A DNA stretch of 64,000 nt, from the NCBI GenBank assembly GCA_008690995.1, contig VRMN01000019.1, positions 62,001-126,000 on the forward strand, in the 5' to 3' direction. Shown piece after piece: positions 43,333 to 54,118 of this stretch. The notes under the pieces were generated by a model that was given only the letters and a program-made list of their open reading frames with translations, was not told the DNA's origin and made no database searches. Source of the stretch: Porphyridium purpureum (Eukaryota). Each line of letters opens with the position of its first letter. Position 1 is the stretch's first letter. The position numbers and the translations under genes are program-made.

Positions 43333-46300
43333 CTGGGCCCCGCACGCAGCACTGTACAACGCCCTGCGCGCGCGCGCACTCCTCCCGCACCTTCCTCCGC
43401 CACACCCAGCCGACGACGCCGCTGCTCTTCTCGCGTCACGTGCAGGTCGGCCTGGTCGTCGCGGACCTGGAGCAAACGTGCGAGCAATGAAAAGTTGCTC
43501 CAAGCAAGCACGCGTCCGAGGGACTGTGGCGCATGGATTGGCGCGCCATGGGACCGCTGTGAGCACGAGCACGAGCAGTGCATGGTCGGTGCTTTGGCTG
43601 CTGCAGGTTGCACATGGCGGGTCAGCGCGGACGGACGGCGAGGACACTCTTCTGCAACAGCAGCGAGAAAGTATCCAGAAGGCACTGAGGAATTCGGCAA
43701 ACGGAAACCCATCCGGAATGCCGTGAAAGAAGTACCTTGACTGGGCCGAACGATTGAACCTGTCCTGAATCCAATGCCATTGTCTGGTTGAAGTCTGGCA
43801 CCTGCAAGCATCTTGTCAATGCGTTAAGTTGGTCTCGGGGTGAAAGCTCCGAAGCCTCAGTAGCATTAGGCACACATGAAAGAAGCTCAACAAATCGCCA
43901 CGCGTACAGGTTTATAATTGACAGGCATACGCATAAGCTGTGCTCGGCACCTGCGGGGAAAGAGACGGATGACAAGATAGTGTGTTTGTGTCAGAACCAC
44001 ATTCTTCCAAGTGCACTCATACATCAATCAAAACTATCTTCAGCAAATTGGGAAGCGAAAGCAGAGCTTTCTGCACACGCTCGTTACGCCGCGTCGTCCT
44101 GAAATTGCGAGACCAGGTCTTGCAGCATTTCTGTTCGCAGCTGCCGGCGCAACATCATATCCAAGGTATAAAATATCGCGTCAGGTCCGGTGACATGTGT
44201 CTGAAGATGCGGAAGAATAGTCCAGCCGTGTATAAATAAGAAAGGATACATTCGTGTCTGTGAAAGGTCGTGGCTACAGCATTGAGTCTTCGGAAGGGAC
44301 TCTGATTCGACCGCCTTGCCTAGCTTTCCCGTGCGCATTTGTGCGCGCTTTGGAGCAACTGATGTGTAGCCCGCTAAACGCAGTGACCGACCTTGGTAGG
44401 ATCGACAGTTGTCAAGCGAATGTAAACAAGCAAAAGGCTGTGGAAGTTGGATAGTTCAGATGGCTTCAAGTTCTGCAGAAGCTGGAAAACGAGTCGACCG
44501 AGTGAGTGGTTGCTGTGGTCAACAGTGCTTCACAGTCTCGGGAATGATAATCGGAAACAAATTTCTCGTTCTGTTGTCCACAAGCACCACTACTTGGGTG
44601 ATCACTGTGCCTTGATGCACGTGAAAAAAATGGACAAAGTTCGTTCGACTGTGAAAATAAAAGAAAACCTCGGATAGGACAGATTTGAGCGAAATGGCGC
44701 TACTTCTAAAGGTACCAAGTGACGTTGGACCGGTACGAAGGGAATCATGCGCAGTTTCCACAATGTTATGTGCTCATTTCAGACATACACCTAATTGAGA
44801 AAGTATGGAAGTATGTGGCACGCCAGGTTCATGCTGACTGGAAGCTTTGTTCTAAACTTTAAAAGATCTACGAAAACCAGTCGAGGAAGCGCAGACGAGA
44901 ATAGACCATACCGAAGTCTAACTTTTAAACGATACGTGAATAAATTAGGCCCATGGAAGAAGCCCTTACAATCGGAAAAGGTGCTGCTTTCAATCTGGAT
45001 TTTAGCTTTTATTCTTAAGGCAAAATCCCTGGAAATAATCGAGGTCCTCCTTTGTGGCGTAAGACGTTTTCAAAGCCTTCGACAAGATATGTCGAGGCCG
45101 AAAGACAATCGAATTCCTGGTTGTGAGCGACAACCTTTTCATGATGAAGACATTTGTATTGACGCCCAGAATCGCGTGGGCCATTGCAAGGCTCTAGAGT
45201 AGCAGTGAAAGCTGGCGCAATAGAATCTAAAGTATATAAATGTTCTTGCTCTTGCTGTGTGTCAAAAGTTTTGAATGCATTAGTGCAGAAAACATCGGTG
45301 ATTGAATGATGGGCAAGTTTTGAGCTTTTGGTGGCACTTCAGTGGGTGAGATCCGGATTGATGCGAGCACCAATTCGTCGCTAACGGTCGACCAGAACAG
45401 TAAAATAGATACGTGAATGAAGAAATTTCGGGAAAATAAGTACATCATAGTTGGTAGCCCCAGCGCCTTCCCGGCACCCATTCAGACACCATGGTGTTCT
45501 TTCCGAGAGCTTCGCTTCTCACCAGAGGATTGCGTGCACTACCAGGCTTATCCCAGCATGAAGGGCCTCAATTTTTTGCCACGACGACCGCACGGGCCGC
45601 AGCAACACGCACCAGCACATGCAGGCCGGCTTCCGAGCCAGACGCGTTTGCGCTTCGTATTTGACCTTCGCTGAAAAATACAGCGTGGCCGCGTGCGCTT
45701 GTGTCGTGAAATTTGGTTATTCAATTTGATTCGGTGGGACAGCCGGGTCGTGCAGCCCCGGCACTTGTGCGGTGCCTGAATCACGATAAAGTGGAGAATA
45801 TCAGTTTTTGTGACGAGAATGTCTAATTTGTCTGTCTTTTACCTTTCATACTTCTCCTAAAGCGAAGTTCAGTCGCAACATTCGGGATTCTGTCCCGGAA
45901 AATAACTTTTCGGGCGTAGGAGCGAATCTACAGCACCGAGGATTGTCTTGCAATGGACTCCGTGGTGTTCCTGCGAGGAGTAGGCTGTCCCCTCTTTCGC
46001 ACTTTAAAGCTAAGCGTAAAGTCTCGCTCGTACGCTTTTTTTTTCCTGACTCTTGTCTTCCCTTGTTTTACTGAGCGCGTCCCCCGATACAGAGGGCGCT
46101 GCATCTACCGGCGATGGAAGCAGCAGACGACACGGTCGTGAGACAAACCTCAACTGGAAGCACGCGCGTCCCATTCGAAGTCACGGCAAACTCTAAAGTT
46201 GCTAGCTACCTTACTCGCCTCTGCTTTTATGCACTCGCACTCCGCTCGACGACCCCCGTAATCGGGGGAAAACCTGTGCTTGCCGGGCTGCGTCGAAACC

Positions 46301-46575
46301 CGTATTTGGGCTGCGCGCCCCCTCGCCCGACCCGATGCGTCACGCTCTGGGCTTTGCGCGCCTCTCCGAAACCGGGCCAATCTCAGCGGGCGCCTTGCCG
46401 TCCACAAGGCTGCTGACTCTACAACTGCCGGTGGCGAAAGTCGCGTCGCGCGCTCTCACGGCCGCGAGCTGTGACGCCGGGAGGTACAGCGACTCGGACG
46501 GAAGCAGCGGTCTTCCTGTCGGGGAACGGGAGCCCTGCAGTGGAAGAGCGAGAGACCGCGGCAGACGACAGGGGC

Positions 46576-47976
46576 ATGGGGCATGGATCGCGCGTCTTGC
46601 TGCGGTGCGCGGCAGGCGCCAAAGATGTGCTGAGCAGTCAAGGCAGTGTTGGCGGTGGGGTGGGCGGGATTGCGCAGCGGTTGCAGCAGCTGCGCGAGCA
46701 GTGGCGCGAGGAGTCCATCATGGATCGCGATTATCAGGGCCAGTTTGACCTGGAGCGGGTTTTCAGATTAACAGAGTATAAGAATCGCGTGGATGAGCGC
46801 GCGTTGGCTGCTGCTGCGCCGTCCCCGTCGGGCTCTGCATGTGCGGCGTCAGATCTCGCGCAAGAGCCGCTGCCAGACTTGAGTACACAGTCACTGTTGG
46901 AAGGGGTCAAGTCGAAGCGCGTGCGGGAAGCCACCAAGCGCGAGTTGGTCGAGGATAACCTGCGCAAGCAGATTGACCAGATTATGCGCGTGCTCGTCGC
47001 CAGCTCGCTCCAGTATCCGCAGCTCGACTTTCCGCTGCTTCCGCCGACCGTGCGCGAGGCGTATCTCAAGCAAAGCGTCGTCAAGCTCGAGCGCGGCGCC
47101 GGAGCGCAATCGTTCCTGGCGCGCAGCTTGGCCGCGAAAAGCGAAGCTGAGGCTAATGCGCACGCGCAGTCTCAGCCACGCGAGGCCAGTGGCGGCACCG
47201 AACTCGGACAAACGAAAGGGCCAACGCAGACCGCTCCGCCGGAGCACGAATCTGAAGACCGGAGATTGGCGCTGAGCCGTATGGAAGAGCGCGTTTTCCA
47301 GCGGCTCGGATACTCGGTGTACAGACAGAAGAGCACGATTCCAGACGGCGGCGATGGCGTTTTCCTGCGCGGGCGCGTCAGTGCCGGCACGGTGGTGGGC
47401 TTCTACCCCGGCGTGTGCTACAGCCCGGGCCAACTCGAGTATCTTCCTGGCTATCCGCAGTATAGCGTCGATAATGAGCACGTGCTGGAGCGCTTCGACG
47501 GCACCATGGTGGATGGCAAGGCAGAAAACTCCTGCCACACCTTTTTCGGCGCGCAGCTGATCTCGGAAGGCTCCGAAGAGGCGACGCGCCGCTTTTGGAT
47601 GTATTTGTGGCAATGTATCAACCCATTTGCTGTGGGCCATGTCTTCAACCACCCGCCTGCCGGCGCGCCCGTGCACGTGGTGATCGCGCCGTTCGATTTC
47701 GACATTCAAGAGATTCCCGAGCTTGCGCGCAAATTTCTGCCGAATCGTCAGTACATAGCGCACAAGCCGCGCGATATCTTTGCGCGCATCATGCACGGCA
47801 AGGCGTTCCAGACGAACCGCATTCCAGGTGTCGCGCTTGTCACAACGCGCAATGTAGAAGACGGCGAGGAATTGTTCCTGAACTACCGCTTCAACCCCAA
47901 CTTTGACGGATTGCCCAGCTGGTACATTGACCCGGACCCGGACGAGAGCGCGCGCCGCTGGATGCCGTTTACGTAA
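46576..47976 (+). CDS. SETD9-like SET-domain protein
   Basis: KSTIPDGGDGVF, FYPG, NPFAVGHVFNHPP and EELFLNYR motifs. Start uncertain. Confidence 0.8.
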   Translation: MGHGSRVLLRCAAGAKDVLSSQGSVGGGVGGIAQRLQQLREQWREESIMDRDYQGQFDLERVFRLTEYKNRVDERALAAAAPSPSGSACAASDLAQEPLPDLSTQSLLEGVKSKRVREATKRELVEDNLRKQIDQIMRVLVASSLQYPQLDFPLLPPTVREAYLKQSVVKLERGAGAQSFLARSLAAKSEAEANAHAQSQPREASGGTELGQTKGPTQTAPPEHESEDRRLALSRMEERVFQRLGYSVYRQKSTIPDGGDGVFLRGRVSAGTVVGFYPGVCYSPGQLEYLPGYPQYSVDNEHVLERFDGTMVDGKAENSCHTFFGAQLISEGSEEATRRFWMYLWQCINPFAVGHVFNHPPAGAPVHVVIAPFDFDIQEIPELARKFLPNRQYIAHKPRDIFARIMHGKAFQTNRIPGVALVTTRNVEDGEELFLNYRFNPNFDGLPSWYIDPDPDESARRWMPFT

Positions 47977-48252
47977 GCTGGCGTTACGTAGAGAACGTTT
48001 CATCTAGAAGCAAGAGATAAGCGAGCGGAAACCATTTGTAAAATCTACGAACCGACTGACTGACTGAATGAATAATTGGATGGATGCGCAGTTGCGCGCC
48101 TCACCTTGGGCCCGAAAAGACAAGGTGGAAGACCTAGCCACAATCCCTTTGAGCACGGAGCGCGCTCTAGCAACCCGACGTCCCGTACGCGGTCGCTCCG
48201 CAGCGAGCAGACCCGCGGCTCGTGCAAACCTCTTGGAAGCCTTCGGTTTTTT

Positions 48253-49356
48253 TTACACGTTGGGGCAAATGTAAGGCAGTGCGGCATTATCCTTGGCGCA
48301 TTCCAGGCATGGATTCTGCGTAAAGCCCTTATCTGCGAGTCTGTCACGCGCACCGTGCACGACCTCGTAGAAAGTCGCGTCAGGCTTGGTCTCCAGGTAC
48401 AGATGGAGGTTTTTGGACAGTGCGCCAAAGGCCTGACCGTTTTCACGCACGTCCGCGGACGTTTCGTGAGCACGGCAACCCGTGATTAAGATACCCATCT
48501 CCTCGTCCACATGCACCATATGCCCGACCTTCTTTGGCGGGCCACCCGCGGACCCACCGGACACCGCGGGCGCCGCATTCGAGTGGTCACTGCCGCCGCC
48601 ACCACCGCCGCCAACGCCCAGCGCGGAAAAGCACGAGGTGATCATTCCCGTGAGCTTCTTCTTCTCTTCGGTGCCCATCTTCTTGCCCGTGTAGTTCTCG
48701 AACATGCCGACCGCAAACTTGGACGCCGCGGCGCCATACTTCTCGTGGATGGCGCCGCGCACGGCGGTTCCGTTCGGGTCGACCGTTTTGCCAAGGAGCT
48801 GAGAAAGGCGCTCGGCGACGCCCGAGATGGGCAGCTCCCGTGAGCGGAACTCGACTGGCGGCGCGTCTGGATCTGCCTTCTTGTCGCTGTCGATGAGGAT
48901 CGAGCTGTGGTCAATCATGCCACCCGAGTGGCAGCAGTCACAGACGAGCGTGAGCGTGACGCCTTTCTTGGTCTTGTTCACAATATCGCGGATATCGTCG
49001 TCCACCAGCAGGTTCATATCTGTGGGGCACAGCGCCTCGTTCTTTCCGTCCTCCTCCTCCGCTCCGCCGGGAACCTGCGTGCCGTGGCCGGAGAACGAGA
49101 AGAACAGAAAGTCGCCCGGCTGGGCCGACTCGCACAGCTCTGTGAGCGCCTTCTTGATGTTCTCGCCCGTGGGCGGGGCGTACGAGGTCAGCTCGGAATC
49201 CTCATCGTCAATCAGCACCTTGATATCGGACTCCTTGAACCCCTTCTTCTCGATCAGAATGCTCTTATGAATCTTCGCATCGCTGATGCACCCTTTCAGC
49301 TCGGCGTTGGTGCCCGGGTAATTGCACGCCACCAGCACCGCCCGTTTCGCCACCAT
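48253..49356 (-). CDS. Metacaspase, type II architecture
   Basis: No prodomain (MVAKRAVLVACNYPGT), catalytic SGHG and DCCHSGG, long linker, p10 ILITGC...ETSAD and QNPCL. Confidence 0.92.
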   Translation of the reverse strand: MVAKRAVLVACNYPGTNAELKGCISDAKIHKSILIEKKGFKESDIKVLIDDEDSELTSYAPPTGENIKKALTELCESAQPGDFLFFSFSGHGTQVPGGAEEEDGKNEALCPTDMNLLVDDDIRDIVNKTKKGVTLTLVCDCCHSGGMIDHSSILIDSDKKADPDAPPVEFRSRELPISGVAERLSQLLGKTVDPNGTAVRGAIHEKYGAAASKFAVGMFENYTGKKMGTEEKKKLTGMITSCFSALGVGGGGGGGSDHSNAAPAVSGGSAGGPPKKVGHMVHVDEEMGILITGCRAHETSADVRENGQAFGALSKNLHLYLETKPDATFYEVVHGARDRLADKGFTQNPCLECAKDNAALPYICPNV

Positions 49357-50956
49357 CCTTTCCTGCTCCCACTACGATACCACACCGAGATCCACACCAC
49401 CTGCAAGCTCGCCGCGCTAGTCACCCACCCTCCCTCCTCTCCACTCTTGTCTCTCTCTCTCTCTCTCTCTCCCTCAAACCCCAATCGCGGACGTCTCTAT
49501 CAAAACACGCGAATTTCATACAAACTCGCTTGCGCAGCGCCAACGGGATTTTTTTCTCCGGGGCTTGCTCCGCCGGTATAGTAAAACAGGCCAGTTTACT
49601 ATGTGTTGTGCGCGAAATCGAGAGGAAATACGGAGACGCGAGAGCACAGTGTGTGGCGAGATGACCGCGTTTTCTTGCCGCGGGGTTATTTTTAGGCGCG
49701 TGCGTGGAGCCGTGCCGGTAAGATGATGTGAACGTGCTTCTGTGATGTGCGGTTGAGTTGGAAGGAATACTATGTGCGCTTCTCTGTGGCACGTGAAAAA
49801 TACGGGGATGAATTTGACCGCGACGAAAAGCGGCGGGAGATGGAGTGAGCGTCGTCACCTCGTACACCTGCGGACAGATGGGCATGCAGCACGTTCAAAC
49901 TCGCTTCGTTGAAGGCTTCTTGTGCTCGTCAAGAAGCTAGTCACAAGGAGCGCGAGCGCAGCGCGCACTTGCGGCTTGAGATGCGTCCAGAGCGAGTCCA
50001 CACAGACACATCTTGTTAATTTGAGAGGCAAAGTCTATCCTGCCAAAGAAACTTTGGATGGATTTCGAAAAGCGCCTCAGTTCTTCCAGAATCTATGCCC
50101 TAGAACATCCATGCAAGTGCCAAAAGTATTCGTAGCGGGGGGCGACGGATCCATATCGCTCATGTAGTCGCGGCCCAGGCTAAAGTCTCCGTGAAGCGTA
50201 CGGCCGCGGCTGTCTTGTCTTTCCCGAATTTGGCACGCAGCTTCTCTCAGCACCCACGTATGCTCGCAAACTGTAGCTCATCCGCTTCACTCCGAAGTTC
50301 ACCGCCGGCGCTTTTCTCACGTTCGCTTGCATGATGAAAGTTCAAGCACTCGCCACGGACCTGCGCAAGGTGGGCGTAAGAATGCGGGGACGACGAACAG
50401 GGGTGTCAACACTGCTGCGGAGGACAATACGCGTATACTGGTATTTGCCAGAACGCCTGAAGTAAAACTCTGTGACTAGATGGTCGGAAAACACGAGCGG
50501 AACAACTCGCGCCGGGTCTTTGCGCGCTGGCTACAAAAGGCCGGTATGGCTAGCTGGCAGTCGGCGTGTGCATTAGCTTTCGAAGAACAGGCTTTCTGAA
50601 GCCTGATTAACTGTTTGAGGATGCTCTCACCCAGCCTTTTCAAAGCACATTGAAAGGTATCTTCGAAACTACACTTCTGCCATACTTCGTTTATTTCCAG
50701 GAGACGTCACTCCTCAGGCGCAGCACTAGAGACTGCTTGCTTTCCAACATTATCCGAGGCTTTGCGCGTGCCGCCGTTGCAGCCGAGTTGCCAGCAAACA
50801 CACCCGCTTGCCTTGTCAAACAACCTTTGCCTTGCCCATGCGCAGCCGGAAAGCCTCTGTTGTTGAACCAAGTCAATCTCGCGTCAATCTCGAGCTCGAC
50901 TAGCGACTGGCATGAGGACTCCGTGAGAGAGCGACAGACGAGAAGAAAAACGGGGG

Positions 50957-52225
50957 ATGGATGTGCGTGGATGCGGGTTTGCAGCGCCGCCCGGGCCGCT
51001 GGCATGTGGCTCTGGATGTTCGCGGCTGTTGCGTGAAGGCGGCGCGACGCGGCACGGCGTGAATGCAGTGCTACGCGGACGGCATGTGGCGGTTGCGGAT
51101 CGACGTGCTCGCACATGTGCGCGGTCGAGAAGTGGCTGCGTCACGATGCAGAGTCCGTTTGATCTGTTTCGGCAGAAGAAGAAGGAGCCGGCGGTCGAGG
51201 GTGATTCGAAAAAGGATGCGAAGAAGCCCGCCAGCGGACTCGGAGGCGTGTTCGATTACGTGCGTCAGCGCGCCACTGAGGATATTCAAAAGGTGCGTGT
51301 GTTCCAGGATGGGCTCGCAAAGAGCCGCGAGAAGCTGGCGCGCGACTTGACTGCTGCGCTGGCGGGAGTCGACTCGAAGAATTTGGATGAGGTGTTTGAG
51401 AGGCTGGAGGAGGTGCTGATCACGTCGGATTTGGGCGTCGACACAGTCGACGCTGTGCTCGAGGATTTGAGGAGCCAGGCCGTGCGCCAGCGGCTTGAGA
51501 CAGATGAAGATATCCGCCGGTCGCTCAAGGCGTCGCTGGTGCGAATCCTGGAAGAGCGCGGCGGCATTGTGCCCACCGTAGCCCCGGACCGAGCTGACGC
51601 CAAGGCGCCGATCGTGATCATGGTGATTGGTGCCAACGGAATGGGCAAGACAACGACAATTGGAAAGCTGGCATTAAGATACCGCAAACAGGGCAAAAGA
51701 GTGCTGCTGGCGGCGTGCGACACATTTCGTGCGGCTGCCGTTGAGCAGCTGGCCGAGTGGGCAAAGCGGGCAGACGCAGAAATTGTGGTGCCCAGGGAGA
51801 ACCAAAAATCTGCGAGCGGCGTCGTCTTTGATGCGGTCAAGCGCGCGCATGACGAGGCATACGACGTGCTCATTGTCGACACTTCGGGTCGCTTGCACAC
51901 GAATGTCGGGCTGATGGACGAACTGAAGAAGATTTTCAGTGTGGTGCGCAAGGCGCGGCCGGGCAATGCCGGTCCCGATGAGACGTTGCTGGTGGTGGAT
52001 GCGAGCATTGGACGAAATGCAGTGATGCAGGCACGCACGTGGAACCGCGAGGTCGGAGTTACTGGGCTTGTAGTCACCAAGCTGGACGGCACGGCAAGGG
52101 CCGGCTTTGTTGTGAGCGTGGTGGACGAGCTCGGAATTCCAGTCAAGCTGGTGGGCGTGGGCGAGAAAATCGAAGATCTGCGAGACTTTGAACCGGTTCC
52201 GTTTGTAGAGGGGCTCGTCGGGTAG
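50957..52225 (+). CDS. cpFtsY: Chloroplast SRP receptor FtsY
   Basis: GANGMGKTTTIGKLA, DTFRAAA, DTSGRLHTN, TKLDGTARAG and GVGE; N-terminal transit-like extension. Confidence 0.95.
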   Translation: MDVRGCGFAAPPGPLACGSGCSRLLREGGATRHGVNAVLRGRHVAVADRRARTCARSRSGCVTMQSPFDLFRQKKKEPAVEGDSKKDAKKPASGLGGVFDYVRQRATEDIQKVRVFQDGLAKSREKLARDLTAALAGVDSKNLDEVFERLEEVLITSDLGVDTVDAVLEDLRSQAVRQRLETDEDIRRSLKASLVRILEERGGIVPTVAPDRADAKAPIVIMVIGANGMGKTTTIGKLALRYRKQGKRVLLAACDTFRAAAVEQLAEWAKRADAEIVVPRENQKSASGVVFDAVKRAHDEAYDVLIVDTSGRLHTNVGLMDELKKIFSVVRKARPGNAGPDETLLVVDASIGRNAVMQARTWNREVGVTGLVVTKLDGTARAGFVVSVVDELGIPVKLVGVGEKIEDLRDFEPVPFVEGLVG

Positions 52226-52891
52226 TTTGTTTCTCCTGCCGGTCGGAGCGAGCACGGGCTGTACAAACAATGACGGTCTTTCGCTTGGGTGCAGAGAAAA
52301 GTTAGCCTGGCTCTAAATCTTTTGCGGTGCGTAGTATCGGTGCTATGATCTGGAGACAATGCCGGTGCATTGATCCTGCTAGATTCCATCTCGATAGCGC
52401 AGCCCGCGGAGACTCCGCCGGCAAACATGAATCATGGAAGAAGGTAAAGTGCTCTGAGAGAACATCTGCATGCGTAAAAATTGACAAGTTGACTGCGTGT
52501 GCTCGTGATATCGACCTGACATATGCTGATATGGCATTGCGACACTATTCTAGGTGCGCGCTGCACGGAATAATTGAGGAATGCGATCACTTTATTTCAT
52601 ACGAAGGCAGCAAGCCCACCCTATTTGCTTTCAACTTTGCACCGTCAAGATTGGTGCAGGTTCAAGACGAGGCTGTTGTAAGCTGTCTGCAGTCTTGAGC
52701 AAAGCGTAATGCTCTAGTGCTTTCAGCAGAGCGGAGGAGTTTAGTAGGTAAATTAAGCATTAGATGATAATTTTGAGAGCCTGCGCGGCATGAAAAAAAG
52801 TCTGTCAAGATACGTCCAGATGCCCATTCTTACGTTCTGCACCGTCTTCTTCTTCTTCTTCTCGCATATCATGACGCGGCAGACCTCGGAA

Positions 52892-53005
52892 ACAGGCACA
52901 GGCACAGGCACAGGCATAGGCATAGGCATAGGCATAGGCATAGGCATAGGCATAGGCATAGGCATAGGCATAGGCATAGGCATAGGCATAGGCATAGGCA
53001 CAGGC
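52892..53005. repeat. Compound hexanucleotide microsatellite (ACAGGC)4(ATAGGC)14(ACAGGC)1
   Basis: Read directly: 114 bp, 19 units. Confidence 0.95.
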
Positions 53006-54118
53006 TCATCTGACTCACTTGTACCAACCAACCATGACGCTCTACCAGATACCAGCCTGCTCCGCAAACAACATTATCCCAGCCAGCGTTCTTCGCGCTA
53101 CGCATCCACGACATCAAAGAAGCTGAGAGCGGGACAACACTCACAATCCACGTGCAAGTGTACTGACGCGCAGCGCGCATTACGCAGGGCTGCCAACAGA
53201 CCCGGCCACACACCAACCAACACACCACAGCCGCAGCCGCAGCCGCGCTGCGCTGCGTGCTTCCTGCGCGTCTGCCAATACGGAGCAGCCGCCACCATCC
53301 CAATCGGTTTACCGGCTACAACCACGCGTCACTGTACACTATCCGATCTACTGTACACTATCTCGCACAGCGTCTATGTAAACGCCCCGAATTCAGAAGC
53401 AGCCCGGTGCGCATCGCAATCGGCGCAAAGTACAGTTATTGATTACTAGTAAAATAACACGGTGTGATAGTGTACAGTAAGTTAACCGATAGCGTTCGAT
53501 GGTGGGTCGCGTGCGCGTGTGCGCGCATGCGGCGACAAGACGCGCTGACGACACGCGGACGCGCGACGTGTGCGGTCGCTGGCGTGGCCGTGTGGTCCGT
53601 TCTGTGGCCGATCGATCGCTCGGTTGGTCGTTCAAGCTGGCTGCCTGAGCCGGCTGGCTGGGTCGGTCGGTCGGTCGGTCGGTTGACTAAACGCTGCCGC
53701 CGCTTCGATACGCCTCGTGGCTTTGCTGTGCTCTGGATCGTCCCGATCGCAAAGGTTTATGCGTGGATAAGAGGACTGGATTCGCGTTTAAGGCCGGGCG
53801 CTGCTTGGAGTGCTCTGTATCGAGAAGCACGGCAAGCGGTGCGTGCGATAGCTTGTGCAGTCACGCGCGGCACTTTCGTGTCAGATCCAGCTGCGTGAAA
53901 CGCGCTGTAGATGCGTTGCAAAGGAAAGCATGGTGAACGAGGCGCAGAACATCCTGTCTAGTCTGACATTGACGTGCTCCGCATCGCATCGAACGACGTC
54001 GCGGGAATGAAAAGGGATATCGCGTGTGCTCTGATCGAGAGAAGCAAAATAGAGCAACTTGCGAAAGGAAAACGCGGCCAAACGGCGGCAGCGCCAGAGA
54101 AAAGTCGGGTTTCTTAGG

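Noticed and set aside
43700..46100. AT-richer island as a specific transposon
   Set aside because: Probably decayed TE or intergenic DNA, but no diagnostic motif was found.
52753..53449. ORFs with poly-GI, PM or LC dipeptides
   Set aside because: Translation of the hexamer microsatellite, which has no stop codons.
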